From positions 1 through 15,648 of the forward strand of contig PSLL01000008.1 of assembly GCA_040289575.1 (NCBI GenBank): 15,648 nt of DNA, read 5' to 3'. How positions within the stretch are numbered: the stretch's first letter is position 1; the number at the start of each line of letters is the position of its first letter. Positions 1 to 8,908 of the stretch are shown here, in pieces. The notes beneath the pieces are model-generated. The model did not search any database. It was given only the letters and a program-made list of their open reading frames with translations, and had not been told where the DNA came from. Position numbers and translations under genes: made by a program. Source of the DNA: Candidatus Dadabacteria bacterium (GTDB lineage: Bacteria; Desulfobacterota_D; UBA1144; Nemesobacterales; CSP1-2).

Positions 1-47
1 GTGGGAGGACTGTTGGTGCTGGGGTTGTAACTAAAATCATTCAATGA
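1..47 (+). CDS. tuf: Elongation factor Tu, 3' end only (partial)
   Basis: The frame from nt 3 reads GRTVGAGVVTKIIQ*, the conserved EF-Tu C-terminus, directly upstream of rpsJ. Not in the ORF track. Confidence 0.95.
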   Translation, partial: GRTVGAGVVTKIIQ

Positions 48-69
48 GGAGTTCTTAGAATAATAAGAT

Positions 70-390
70 ATGAATCGTGCTTCTAAGATCAGGATAAAGT
101 TAAAATCGTTCGATTACAGGTTGCTCGATAAATCTGCAAGAGAAATCGTAGAGACGGCAAAAAGAACTGGGGCAAGGGTAGCGGGTCCGGTTCCGCTTCC
201 TACTCATATAGGCCGATACTGTGTGTTGAGGTCTCCCCATGTAGATAAGAATTCAAGGGAACACTTTGAGGTAAGGACCCATAAGAGACTCATTGACATA
301 CTTGAGCCCACTCAGCAGACAATAGATGCCCTTATGAAGCTCGATCTGGCTTCGGGGATTGAGGTTGAGATAAAGCTTACCGGATCATGA
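70..390 (+). CDS. rpsJ: 30S ribosomal protein S10 (uS10)
   Basis: [26 protein letters not shown] and RTHKRLIDI motifs; first gene of the S10 block. Confidence 0.99.
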   Translation: MNRASKIRIKLKSFDYRLLDKSAREIVETAKRTGARVAGPVPLPTHIGRYCVLRSPHVDKNSREHFEVRTHKRLIDILEPTQQTIDALMKLDLASGIEVEIKLTGS

Positions 391-443
391 CTTATAGATT
401 GATATAAAAGTCAAAGATGTAAAGTTTTAAATGGAATCGTAAA

Positions 444-1085
444 ATGATAGAGGGACTAATAGGCAGAAAGGTTGGAATGACACAGATGTTTCTTGATGAC
501 GGAACACTTTTGGCAGTTACCGTGATAAAGGCCGGACCGTGTTTTGTGATTCAGAAGAGAACCTCCGAAAAGGATGGATATGAGGCCGTTCAAATTGGGT
601 TTGAAGAGGTAAAACCTCAGAGGGCAACGAAACCCATTCTTGGGCATTTTAAAAAAGCCGGTGTTCCGCCTGTGAGATTTTTAAAGGAGTTTAGAATCCT
701 CAATGGCAAGGCCAATGATTATAAATCGGGCGATGTGGTTAAAGCGAATATTTTTAAAGAAGGTGATATTCTAGACGTTACGGGAAAGAGTAAGGGAAAG
801 GGGTTTGCAGGTGTTATGAAGAGGCACGGTTTTCAGGGACAGCCCGATTCCCATGGAGGCATGTCCCATAGAAAGCCAGGGTCAGTCGGTCAACATTCGT
901 ATCCGGCAAGGGTATGGAAGGGACTCAAAATGGCGGGGCACATGGGAGCTAAGAGGGTTACTATGCAAGGGCTTCATGTAGTAAAGGTAGATGCTGAAAA
1001 AAACCTCATAATTGTGAAGGGCTCGGTTCCGGGTCCGGATAATGGTATGGTGATTTTAAAGCATACGACAAGAGGAAGAAGATAA
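444..1085 (+). CDS. rplC: 50S ribosomal protein L3 (uL3)
   Basis: [38 protein letters not shown] and KGSVPG motifs; synteny. Confidence 0.99.
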   Translation: MIEGLIGRKVGMTQMFLDDGTLLAVTVIKAGPCFVIQKRTSEKDGYEAVQIGFEEVKPQRATKPILGHFKKAGVPPVRFLKEFRILNGKANDYKSGDVVKANIFKEGDILDVTGKSKGKGFAGVMKRHGFQGQPDSHGGMSHRKPGSVGQHSYPARVWKGLKMAGHMGAKRVTMQGLHVVKVDAEKNLIIVKGSVPGPDNGMVILKHTTRGRR

Positions 1086-1090
1086 ATATA

Positions 1091-1177
1091 AGCTACGAAT
1101 CAATATAAATGGGCAATGAAAGATCAAAAAATGATTCTGAGCCCTTTATTCGTGCAAGTTCATGTTCATTTGTAGCT
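1091..1177. repeat. Decamer-unit inverted-repeat element, copy A (rplC-rplD spacer)
   Basis: Left arm AGCTACGAATCAATATAAAT (1091-1110) versus right arm GTTCATGTTCATTTGTAGCT (1158-1177): 15/20 Watson-Crick pairs plus 3 G.U. An extra unit ATTCGTG lies at 1148-1154. Same motif as copies B-E. Confidence 0.8.
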
Positions 1178-1200
1178 AAAAAATTACAGGAAGGTAAAAG

Positions 1201-1824
1201 GTGCCGCAGTATAACGTTTATGATTTAGAGAAGAACCCAGTTGGCGTATTAGAGCTCAATCCGGAGATATTTGAGGTTCCAATAAGAGAACACCTGTTTT
1301 ATTATGTAGTAAACTGGCAATTGGCTAAACGTCGCTCTGGCACTGTTGCGACTAAAACGAGAGGCGAAGTGAGCGGTGGGGGAAAGAAGCCCTGGAAGCA
1401 AAAACACACAGGGCGCGCCCGTCAGGGGAGCATAAGAGCGCCTCAGTGGAGAAAAGGAGCGATAATCTTTGGACCCCATCCGCGAGACTGGTCTTACAGT
1501 ATTCCCAAAAAGGTAAGACGCGAGGCTTTAAAGAGCGCCCTTTCTCTAAAACATAGAGATGGGAATTTATTAATACTTAAAGACTTTAATCTCCCACAGA
1601 TAAAGACAAAGCAGGTTGTGAATTTTCTCAAGAGATTTGATTTGAATAGGGCTTTAATACTTGTAGATAGAGATAATGAGAATCTCAAAAAGTCTGCAAG
1701 GAATTTAGAAGATGTCAAGGTCCTAAAGGTAGATGGGCTTAACGTTTATGATTTGCTTAGATTCAATGCCCTTGTTATGACTCAGGATTCGGTTGCGAAG
1801 GTTCAGGAGGTGCTTAAGCGTTGA
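1201..1824 (+). CDS. rplD: 50S ribosomal protein L4 (uL4), GTG start
   Basis: TKTRGEVSGGGKKPWKQKHTGRARQGSIRAPQW and SARNL motifs; SD-like AGGAAGG upstream. Confidence 0.99.
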   Translation: MPQYNVYDLEKNPVGVLELNPEIFEVPIREHLFYYVVNWQLAKRRSGTVATKTRGEVSGGGKKPWKQKHTGRARQGSIRAPQWRKGAIIFGPHPRDWSYSIPKKVRREALKSALSLKHRDGNLLILKDFNLPQIKTKQVVNFLKRFDLNRALILVDRDNENLKKSARNLEDVKVLKVDGLNVYDLLRFNALVMTQDSVAKVQEVLKR

Positions 1825-2108
1825 GGGATCCCGGAGAAATAATAAAGCGTCCCCTTATTACTGAGAAATCTTCCTCCATAAAGGAGGCGAACTGGTATAT
1901 ATTTGCGGTTGATAAAAGTTCTAATAAAAAAGAGATAAAATACGCGATTGAGAAGCTATTTAAAGTCAAGGTGGACAGAGTAAGAACTGTTACTCTGCCA
2001 GGAAAGGCAGTCAAAAGAGGGGGACGTATCTCGGGCAAGAGGTCTCCACTTAAAAAGGCATACGTGAGGCTAAAAGAGGGTGTGATAGAGTTCTTTGAGG
2101 GGGTATAA
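1821..2108 (+). CDS. rplW: 50S ribosomal protein L23 (uL23), TTG start overlapping the rplD stop
   Basis: IIKRPLITEKS, KKEIKYAIEKLFKVKV and KKAYVRL motifs; TTGA overlap. Confidence 0.98.
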   Translation: MRDPGEIIKRPLITEKSSSIKEANWYIFAVDKSSNKKEIKYAIEKLFKVKVDRVRTVTLPGKAVKRGGRISGKRSPLKKAYVRLKEGVIEFFEGV

Positions 2109-2114
2109 GAAATT

Positions 2115-2957
2115 ATGGGTATTAAAAAATTTCGTCCTGTAACTGCGGGAAGAAGATTTATGACCGGATTTGATTTTGCAGAGATTACTACGGAAAAGCC
2201 CCATAGGCCTCTTACAGTGCCCCTTAAGCGTAAAACGGGTAGGAACTTTCAAGGTAGGGTTTCAAGTCTTCATCGCGGAGGCGGCCATAAGCGTCTTTAC
2301 AGGATTATTGATTTCAAAAGGGATAAGTTTAATATCCCTGCAAAGGTGGCATCAATCGAGTACGATCCTAATCGTTCTGCAAGGGTTGCGCTTCTTAATT
2401 ATGCAGACGGGGAGAAGCGCTATATAATAGCCCCGGATGGCTTAAAGGTTGGAGATAGTGTAATCTCCGGCGATGATGTTGATGTTATCATAGGCAATAC
2501 ACTTCCGATCAGGAGTATCCCGGTAGGGACGACCATTCACAACATAGAATTAAAGCCCGGAGCGGGTGGACAGATTGCCCGCGCTGCCGGGGCTTCGGCG
2601 CAGGTTATAGCAAAAGAGGGTGATTATGCTCAGATTAGAACCAGTTCAGGTGAAATTCGCCTTGTTCATATAAACTGTAGGGCGACCATTGGAAAGGTTG
2701 GAAATGTGGAGCACGAGTTGGTGATGATTGGGAAAGCCGGAAGGAACAGACATCTAGGGCGTCGTCCTAATGTAAGGGGTGTAGCTATGAACCCAGTGGA
2801 TCATCCACACGGTGGTGGTGAAGGGAAGGCTCCACAGGGAAACCCTCAGCCTGTATCTCCCTGGGGATGGGCTACAATCGGATATAAGACAAGAAAGAAT
2901 AAGAGGACAAATAAATTCATAGTGAAACGCAGGAGAATCGGTTACGGAATGGATTAA
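2115..2957 (+). CDS. rplB: 50S ribosomal protein L2 (uL2)
   Basis: [23 protein letters not shown] and [18 protein letters not shown] motifs. Confidence 0.99.
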   Translation: MGIKKFRPVTAGRRFMTGFDFAEITTEKPHRPLTVPLKRKTGRNFQGRVSSLHRGGGHKRLYRIIDFKRDKFNIPAKVASIEYDPNRSARVALLNYADGEKRYIIAPDGLKVGDSVISGDDVDVIIGNTLPIRSIPVGTTIHNIELKPGAGGQIARAAGASAQVIAKEGDYAQIRTSSGEIRLVHINCRATIGKVGNVEHELVMIGKAGRNRHLGRRPNVRGVAMNPVDHPHGGGEGKAPQGNPQPVSPWGWATIGYKTRKNKRTNKFIVKRRRIGYGMD

Positions 2958-2967
2958 TAAGATGGTA

Positions 2968-3108
2968 TTTAGCCGAGAATATACACGAGTTATCACGAAT
3001 GGAGTATCAGAATGCAGAACATAGAAAATAGTATATATGGGCTTGGGGTTTTTCTGTATTCAGTCTACTGTATCCCGCATTCCTCCTATTCGTGTTCATT
3101 TGTTGATA
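2968..3108. repeat. Decamer-unit inverted-repeat element, copy B, with nested heptamer inverted repeat (rplB-rpsS spacer)
   Basis: Left arm TTTAGCCGAGAAT-ATACACGAGT-TATCACGAAT (2968-3000); right arm ATTCGTGTTCATTTGTTGATA (3088-3108). The interior has 4 heptamers (3004-3031) opposed by 4 inverted heptamers (3054-3081). Confidence 0.8.
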
Positions 3109-3117
3109 GGAGTAAAT

Positions 3118-3423
3118 ATGGCAAGATCGAAGAAAAAAGGACCTTTTATTGAGCCTAAACTTCTCAAGAAGGTTGAGTTAGCAAAGTCTTCTGGAGATCA
3201 GCGTATTATAAAAACCTGGTCAAGAGACTCAATGGTTATTCCTGAGATGATAGGACTTACGTTTGCCGTTTATAACGGGAGAAAGTTTATACCTGTCTAC
3301 ATAACGGAGCATATGGTAGGACACAAATTAGGGGAATTTTCCCCCACCCGCACATTTACCGGTCATGGTGCGGGGGACAAGAAGGCAAAGATTGAAAAAG
3401 CCGGAGGACCTGGACAAGGGTAA
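3118..3423 (+). CDS. rpsS: 30S ribosomal protein S19 (uS19)
   Basis: [16 protein letters not shown] and [13 protein letters not shown] motifs. Start set at ATG 3118 (SD AGGAG 3108-3112) rather than the ORF-track start at 3037. Confidence 0.98.
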   Translation: MARSKKKGPFIEPKLLKKVELAKSSGDQRIIKTWSRDSMVIPEMIGLTFAVYNGRKFIPVYITEHMVGHKLGEFSPTRTFTGHGAGDKKAKIEKAGGPGQG

Positions 3424-3428
3424 AAGAC

Positions 3429-3767
3429 ATGGTTTCACAAGCAGTACTCAAATATGCAAGAACATCACCAAAGAAGGCACGCGTGGTGCTTGATTTAATA
3501 AGGGGAAACGGAGTGGAAGAGGCTTTTACGGTTCTTGGTTCTCTCAGGCGAAGGCCCGCGCCGATTATTGCAAAGCTCCTTAAATCAGCCGTTGCCAACG
3601 CTGCTGAGAAGAACCATACGGATACCGAAACACTCTACATAAAGGAGGCTTACGCATCCGGCGGGCCTGCGCTTAAGAGATTTAGACCAAGGGCGATGGG
3701 AAGGGCCTATCCAAGAAAGAGAAGAACTACTCACATAACAATAGTGCTTGATGAAAGGGGGTTATAG
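3429..3767 (+). CDS. rplV: 50S ribosomal protein L22 (uL22)
   Basis: [22 protein letters not shown] and [10 protein letters not shown] motifs. Confidence 0.99.
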   Translation: MVSQAVLKYARTSPKKARVVLDLIRGNGVEEAFTVLGSLRRRPAPIIAKLLKSAVANAAEKNHTDTETLYIKEAYASGGPALKRFRPRAMGRAYPRKRRTTHITIVLDERGL

Positions 3768-3768
3768 A

Positions 3769-4422
3769 TTGGGACAAAAAATCTGCCCGATTGGACTGAG
3801 AATAGGAATTACAAAGAGTTGGGATTCCAAGTGGTATGCCGAAAAGCAGAAATATACACGCCTTCTTCATGAGGATATAGAGATTAGAAATTTGATAAAA
3901 AAGGAATTCTATCAATCGGGAATCTCCAAAATTGAGATAGAAAGGGCGGCCTCTGAAAAGGTAAGAGCCATAATACATGCAGCCCGGCCCGGAATGATAA
4001 TCGGCAGAAGGGGACAAGAGATCGAATCTCTAAGGCGCAATTTGAGTGCCATGACGGGTAAGGATATTTATCTCGATATTCGTGAGGTAAAGCGTCCCGA
4101 AATAGATGCACAGCTTGTCGCTGAAAACATTGCACTTCAGCTTGAAAGGCGCATCGCATACAGACGGGCGATGAAAAGGGTTATGGCCTCTGCCATTAGG
4201 CTCGGTGCTCTCGGAATAAAGGTCACGGTTGCCGGGAGATTAGGGGGAGCGGAGATAGCAAGAAAGGAGTGGTATCGTGAAGGCAGAGTCCCGCTTGCCA
4301 CACTGCGCGCGGACATTGATTATGGGTTTGCCGAGGCAAAGACAACATTTGGTGTAATAGGAATCAAGGTCTGGATATTTAAGGGCGAGGTCTTAGAGAA
4401 AAAGGGACGACAGGCAAGCTAA
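3769..4422 (+). CDS. rpsC: 30S ribosomal protein S3 (uS3), probable TTG start
   Basis: (M)[12 protein letters not shown]-terminus, [18 protein letters not shown] and [11 protein letters not shown] motifs. TTG 3769 follows the rplV stop, with SD AAGGGGG upstream. Confidence 0.98.
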   Translation: MGQKICPIGLRIGITKSWDSKWYAEKQKYTRLLHEDIEIRNLIKKEFYQSGISKIEIERAASEKVRAIIHAARPGMIIGRRGQEIESLRRNLSAMTGKDIYLDIREVKRPEIDAQLVAENIALQLERRIAYRRAMKRVMASAIRLGALGIKVTVAGRLGGAEIARKEWYREGRVPLATLRADIDYGFAEAKTTFGVIGIKVWIFKGEVLEKKGRQAS

Positions 4423-4438
4423 TAAATGAGGAAGACCA

Positions 4439-4864
4439 ATGCTTCAGCCAGCAAGGACAAAATATAGAAAACAGCATAAAGGAAGAACAAGGGGACGTGC
4501 AACCAGAGGGGCGACGCTTGCATTTGGAGAATTTGGACTCCAATCGCTTGAGTGTGGTAGGCTTACCACTCAACAGATTGAAGCTGCCCGCGTTGCGGTA
4601 ACGCGCCATGTAAAGCGCGGAGCAAAACTTTGGGTAAGAATATTCCCTGACAAGCCCGTAACGAAAAAACCCGCTGAGACGAGAATGGGAAAAGGGAAGG
4701 GCGATGTTGTTGGATACGTTGCCCCCATAAAAAGAGGGACTATGCTCTACGAAATAAGCGGTCTTGCCCCGGATGCCGCAAGAGAAGCGCTGAGACTTGC
4801 CTCTTATAAACTCCCGGTAAAGACGCGTATAGTCGTCCGGGAAGAGGGGGTTCTGGTAGGATGA
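4439..4864 (+). CDS. rplP: 50S ribosomal protein L16 (uL16)
   Basis: [22 protein letters not shown] and [20 protein letters not shown] motifs. Confidence 0.99.
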   Translation: MLQPARTKYRKQHKGRTRGRATRGATLAFGEFGLQSLECGRLTTQQIEAARVAVTRHVKRGAKLWVRIFPDKPVTKKPAETRMGKGKGDVVGYVAPIKRGTMLYEISGLAPDAAREALRLASYKLPVKTRIVVREEGVLVG

Positions 4865-5064
4865 AGTCAGTTGAGATTAGAGAGCTTAAAGGCGACGAAT
4901 TAGAGAGAAAAGAAAGAGAGATAAGAGAGGAGCTGTTTAATCTGCGCGTTCAACTCTCCACGCGCCAGGCGACAAATGTTGGCAGGATAAAGAAGCTAAA
5001 AAGGGATCTGGCACGGGTGCTCACAATTCAGAGAGAAAGAAGGCTTGGGATAAGAAGTAAGTAA
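4861..5064 (+). CDS. rpmC: 50S ribosomal protein L29 (uL29)
   Basis: ELFNLR...KRDLARVLT motif; size and synteny; ATGA overlap with rplP. Confidence 0.97.
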   Translation: MKSVEIRELKGDELERKEREIREELFNLRVQLSTRQATNVGRIKKLKRDLARVLTIQRERRLGIRSK

Positions 5065-5084
5065 ACGTATTTGCGGAGAAGAAG

Positions 5085-5390
5085 ATGGAGAGAGGGAAAG
5101 TAAAAACTAGGGTCGGTATAGTTACAAGCAACAAGATGGATAAAACCGTTATTGTGGACGTTGTCCGGACGGTGAGTCATCCGAAATATGGAAAGCCTAT
5201 AAGGAGGGTCTCCCGATTTAAAGCCCATGATAAAAACAACGAGTGCAGGATAGGCGATAAGGTTTTTATAACCGAGTCGAGGCCTCTCAGTCGTACAAAG
5301 AGGTGGAGGGTAAGCAGGATTCTTGAGCGTGCGGCGATTATTGAGGGAGAGCCTCAAGAGATTCTCAGCGAAGGAGAGAAAGCGCAATGA
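5085..5390 (+). CDS. rpsQ: 30S ribosomal protein S17 (uS17)
   Basis: [19 protein letters not shown] and [11 protein letters not shown] motifs. Confidence 0.99.
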   Translation: MERGKVKTRVGIVTSNKMDKTVIVDVVRTVSHPKYGKPIRRVSRFKAHDKNNECRIGDKVFITESRPLSRTKRWRVSRILERAAIIEGEPQEILSEGEKAQ

Positions 5391-5755
5391 TTCAGCCTAC
5401 TACGATTCTTGAAGCCGCGGACAATACAGGGGCGAAGAAGCTCTTTTGTATAAGGGTGATGGGCGGGTCCAACAGAAAATACGCAAGGCTTGGGGATGTG
5501 ATTGTGGTTTCGGTTAAAGAGGCTATCCCTAATTCAAAGGTAGAAAAGGGTGACGTTCATAGGGCCGTAATCGTTCGCACAAGAAAGGAGCAGAGGCGCT
5601 CAGATGGCTCCTACGTGAGGTTTGACGATAATGCTGCTGTGCTTATAACCAAAGAGGATGAACCCATTGGGACCCGTGTTTTTGGCCCTGTAGCCAGAGA
5701 GCTTCGTTCAAAGGGTTTTATGAAGATAATTTCACTCGCACCGGAGGTTGTCTAA
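5387..5755 (+). CDS. rplN: 50S ribosomal protein L14 (uL14)
   Basis: [27 protein letters not shown] and SLAPEV motifs. Confidence 0.99.
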   Translation: MIQPTTILEAADNTGAKKLFCIRVMGGSNRKYARLGDVIVVSVKEAIPNSKVEKGDVHRAVIVRTRKEQRRSDGSYVRFDDNAAVLITKEDEPIGTRVFGPVARELRSKGFMKIISLAPEVV

Positions 5756-5758
5756 TCT

Positions 5759-6097
5759 ATGGCAGCAGTAGAAACAGGGAAATTGCATATCAAAAATGGC
5801 GATACAGTTTATGTTATTTCCGGTAAAGAAAGGGGGAAGACGGGGAAGGTTATAAAGATTTTAAGGGATGAGAATAAAGCTATAGTGGAGAGGCTGAATG
5901 TGATAAAGCGCCATGCCCGCCCTTCTCAGAAGAATCCGAGCGGTGGAATAATTGAAAAGGAGGCCGGAATCCATATATCGAATCTCATGCTCTACTGCTC
6001 TAAATGCAAGCGTCCTTCTAGGATAGGGCGAAAGAGGCTTGCGAGTGGAGAGAAGGTAAGATACTGCAAGAGATGCAACGAGGAGATTAAGGGCTGA
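5759..6097 (+). CDS. rplX: 50S ribosomal protein L24 (uL24)
   Basis: KOW motif [16 protein letters not shown] and [15 protein letters not shown]-terminal CxxC...CxxC. Confidence 0.99.
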   Translation: MAAVETGKLHIKNGDTVYVISGKERGKTGKVIKILRDENKAIVERLNVIKRHARPSQKNPSGGIIEKEAGIHISNLMLYCSKCKRPSRIGRKRLASGEKVRYCKRCNEEIKG

Positions 6098-6651
6098 TGG
6101 TTCCGAGACTTAAGACCCTTTATAAAGAGAATATTACTCAATCGCTCAAGAAGAGATTCGGATACAAAAACCCGATGGAGATTCCGCGCTTGGAGAAGAT
6201 TGTGATCAATATGGGACTCGGTAAGATAAGCGATGGGGGAAAAGAGAATAAGATTATAGAGGATGCCGTTAAGGAGGTATCCATTATCTCCGGGCAGAGA
6301 CCTGTAGTAACTAGGGCGAGAAAATCTATTGCGGGATTTAAATTAAGAGAGGGTGTACCTATTGGGTGTATGGTTACTCTACGTGGTAATAAGATGTATG
6401 AGTTTTTTGATAGGCTGGTTAATCTTGCCCTCCCTCGTGTGAGGGATTTCCGGGGGGTCTCGCCTCAGGGCTTTGACGGAAGCGGCAACTACACGCTTGG
6501 ACTGAGAGAGCACACCCTATTCCCTGAGGTTGAGTATGGCAAGATTGAAAGGATAAAGGGGATGAATATAACGATCGTTACAACGGCAAAAACAGATGAG
6601 GAATCAAAGGAGCTTCTAAAGGGTCTGGGAATGCCCTTTAGGGAACGTTAA
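6097..6651 (+). CDS. rplE: 50S ribosomal protein L5 (uL5)
   Basis: [30 protein letters not shown] and FDGSGNY motifs. Confidence 0.99.
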   Translation: MVPRLKTLYKENITQSLKKRFGYKNPMEIPRLEKIVINMGLGKISDGGKENKIIEDAVKEVSIISGQRPVVTRARKSIAGFKLREGVPIGCMVTLRGNKMYEFFDRLVNLALPRVRDFRGVSPQGFDGSGNYTLGLREHTLFPEVEYGKIERIKGMNITIVTTAKTDEESKELLKGLGMPFRER

Positions 6652-6696
6652 AAAAGCGCAGAGGCAGACTTGAATCTGTTACTCTATGGGGCTTTT
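6652..6696. repeat. Imperfect hairpin, possible degenerate REP-like palindrome (rplE-rpsN spacer)
   Basis: Nested stems AAAAGC/GCTTTT, AGAG/CTCT and GCAGA/TCTGT around the loop CTTGAA. Confidence 0.45.
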
Positions 6697-6716
6697 GCAC
6701 ATAAAAAGAGGAACAA

Positions 6717-6902
6717 ATGGCAACAAAGTCAATGATGGAGAAGCTGAAAAGGAAACCCAAGTTTGCTACAAGGCACAGGAATCGCTGTCCTCTGTGTGGA
6801 AGGCCGAGGGCATACTTGAGAAAATTCGGCATGTGTAGGCTGTGCTTCCGCCAGTCGGCAAGCTTCGGAAAAATTCCGGGTGTAAGAAAGGCGAGTTGGT
6901 AA
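6717..6902 (+). CDS. rpsN: 30S ribosomal protein S14, short Zn-binding type Z (uS14)
   Basis: 61 aa; RCPLCGRPR...GMCRLCFR and ends PGVRKASW. Confidence 0.99.
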   Translation: MATKSMMEKLKRKPKFATRHRNRCPLCGRPRAYLRKFGMCRLCFRQSASFGKIPGVRKASW

Positions 6903-6911
6903 TTTGCTCTC

Positions 6912-6951
6912 TAGCCACGAATGAACGCGAATTCGTGTCAGTTTGTGGCTA
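6912..6951. repeat. Decamer-unit inverted-repeat element, copy C, minimal with no interior (rpsN-rpsH spacer)
   Basis: TAGCCACGAATGAACGCGAA|TTCGTGTCAGTTTGTGGCTA: a 40-bp imperfect palindrome with perfect 7-bp ends TAGCCAC/GTGGCTA. Confidence 0.88.
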
Positions 6952-6984
6952 AACAGGTATTTAAAAGAAAAATGAGGTAATACA

Positions 6985-7377
6985 ATGACTGATCCGATTG
7001 CTGATATGCTTACGAGAATCAGAAACGCTTTAATAAATCGGTATAGCTCTGTGGAGATTCCTACCTCAAGAATTAAGGCTGAGATTGCCCGCGTCCTTAA
7101 AGAAGAGGGGTACATAGGTGAATATAGCCTAATTGAGGACGGAATTAAAAAGACGATCAAGATCGAACTAAAGTACACACCTGAAAAGGAGTCAGTAATA
7201 ACGGAGATTCGTAGGATAAGTAGGCCTAGCTGTAGGGTCTATGTAAACAAAAACGAGATTCCAAAGGTAAAGGGCGGACTCGGAATCTCTATTCTTTCTA
7301 CCTCAAAGGGGATTATGACTGGCATTCAGGCGCGTCGCTACGGGGTTGGTGGAGAGCTTATATGTACGATCTGGTAA
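6985..7377 (+). CDS. rpsH: 30S ribosomal protein S8 (uS8)
   Basis: [27 protein letters not shown] and GGELIC motifs. Confidence 0.99.
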   Translation: MTDPIADMLTRIRNALINRYSSVEIPTSRIKAEIARVLKEEGYIGEYSLIEDGIKKTIKIELKYTPEKESVITEIRRISRPSCRVYVNKNEIPKVKGGLGISILSTSKGIMTGIQARRYGVGGELICTIW

Positions 7378-7408
7378 ATAGTCGTTAGCCGATGATGAGG
7401 TAAGATTC

Positions 7409-7957
7409 ATGTCGAGAATAGGCAAAAAACCAATTGCCATACCAAGCGGGGTAAAGGTCGAGGTCAAAGACGGCTCCGTAGAGGTCTCGGGCCCCAAGGG
7501 AAGGCTCTCAAGGCGCATTCCTACGGGTATTGAGGTAAAGGTTAATGCTCCTTGGGTTCAGGTTGAGAGAAGGGGCGATGAAAAGGAATTAAGGGCACTG
7601 CATGGTCTTACGCGCGCTCTTATAGCAAATATGGTTTTGGGTGTTACACAGGGATTTTCCAAATCTCTCGATATTGTAGGGGTTGGGTATAGGGCCGAGC
7701 TCATTGGAAAGAGTGGTATTAGATTCAGCCTGGGTTATTCAAATCCGGTTGAATTCTCCCTTCCTCTGGGTGTTACTGCAACGGTTGAAGAGAGAGGAAC
7801 AAGGGTGATTATTAATGGGATTGATAAAGAGGTTATAGGCGAGACTGGTGCAAGAATCAAGAGACTCAGACTGCCCGACTCATATAAAGGAAAGGGTATA
7901 AGATATACTGGCGAGTCGCTTAAACTCAAGCCCGGAAAGGCAGGCGCAAAGAAATGA
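7409..7957 (+). CDS. rplF: 50S ribosomal protein L6 (uL6)
   Basis: [19 protein letters not shown] and [11 protein letters not shown] motifs. Confidence 0.99.
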   Translation: MSRIGKKPIAIPSGVKVEVKDGSVEVSGPKGRLSRRIPTGIEVKVNAPWVQVERRGDEKELRALHGLTRALIANMVLGVTQGFSKSLDIVGVGYRAELIGKSGIRFSLGYSNPVEFSLPLGVTATVEERGTRVIINGIDKEVIGETGARIKRLRLPDSYKGKGIRYTGESLKLKPGKAGAKK

Positions 7958-8328
7958 TGAAAAGAAGGTCCAGAAAGGAAAGACGGGACATAAGGCACCG
8001 TAGGGTAAGAAGGAATATAAGGGGCACACATAGCGTGCCACGGCTTTGCGTATTTAAATCTTCTAGCCATATTTATACGCAGATAATTGATGACTTAGCC
8101 CAGCATACCCTTGTTGCTGTGTCGTCTCTTACCCCTAAGATTAGAGAGATACTAAAGAATGATAAAAAGAAGAAGGTTGATATTGCCAAAATAGTTGGAA
8201 AGTATCTGGGCGAAGCTGCTCTATCAAAGGGCATAAAGAGGGTATGTTTTGATCGCGGTGGGTATCCGTATCATGGCAGGATAAAAGCAATTGCAGAGGG
8301 AGCCAGGGAAGCGGGACTGGAGTTTTAA
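7954..8328 (+). CDS. rplR: 50S ribosomal protein L18 (uL18)
   Basis: [31 protein letters not shown] and AREAGLEF motifs. The start could be either of two adjacent ATGs (7954 or 7957). Confidence 0.98.
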   Translation: MMKRRSRKERRDIRHRRVRRNIRGTHSVPRLCVFKSSSHIYTQIIDDLAQHTLVAVSSLTPKIREILKNDKKKKVDIAKIVGKYLGEAALSKGIKRVCFDRGGYPYHGRIKAIAEGAREAGLEF

Positions 8329-8383
8329 TTTTTAGAGATACCTAACGCCAATGATATGGTTATTCCTTGAGGAGGAAGAGATT

Positions 8384-8908
8384 TTGCCAAAAGAAAGAAT
8401 TGATCCAGCCGGGCTTGAATTAAAAGAAAAGATAGTTCATGTAAGAAGGGTTGCCAAGGTAACAAAGGGCGGAAAGAGGTTTCATTTCACCGCTCTTGTG
8501 GTTATTGGAAATGGCAACGGTATTGTGGGAAGTGCTATGGGAAAGTCTAATGAGGTTCCAGACGCCATTAGAAAGGCGGTAGAGAAGGCAAAAAAGGATC
8601 TCATAAGGGTTCCAAGGCACGGTGGCACCATTACGCATGAGGTGGTTGGCGAGCACGGTTCAAGCCGGGTTATTCTAAAACCTGCTGCTCCGGGCACCGG
8701 GGTTATCGCAGGTGGGGCGGTCAGGGCTGTTGTTGAACTTGCTGGGATTCAGGATATTCTATCTAAGGTTTTAGGGTCAACAAATCCGCTTAATGTTGTT
8801 GAGGCGGTTATTAAAGGGCTTTCCTCACTTAGAACGCCTGAGGATGTGGCAAGGCTCAGAGGAAAGGAAGCGAAGGATTTAGACCTTCCCAGGTATTATG
8901 GGGTTTGA
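8384..8908 (+). CDS. rpsE: 30S ribosomal protein S5 (uS5), probable TTG start
   Basis: [21 protein letters not shown] and [12 protein letters not shown] motifs. A strong SD GAGGAGG (8369-8375) favours TTG 8384 over ATG 8351. Confidence 0.97.
   Translation: MPKERIDPAGLELKEKIVHVRRVAKVTKGGKRFHFTALVVIGNGNGIVGSAMGKSNEVPDAIRKAVEKAKKDLIRVPRHGGTITHEVVGEHGSSRVILKPAAPGTGVIAGGAVRAVVELAGIQDILSKVLGSTNPLNVVEAVIKGLSSLRTPEDVARLRGKEAKDLDLPRYYGV

Noticed and set aside
388..413. TGACTT...AAGTCA inverted repeat after rpsJ
   Set aside because: Only 6 bp in AT-rich sequence and unrelated to the other repeat families.
3037..3117. 27-aa N-terminal extension of S19 in the ORF track
   Set aside because: It is a translation of the repeat element. 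The conserved S19 N-terminus and a good SD point to ATG 3118.
8351..8383. N-terminal extension [11 protein letters not shown] on S5
   Set aside because: The EEEE run is the GAGGAGGAAGAG SD region read in frame; TTG 8384 is correctly spaced from that SD.
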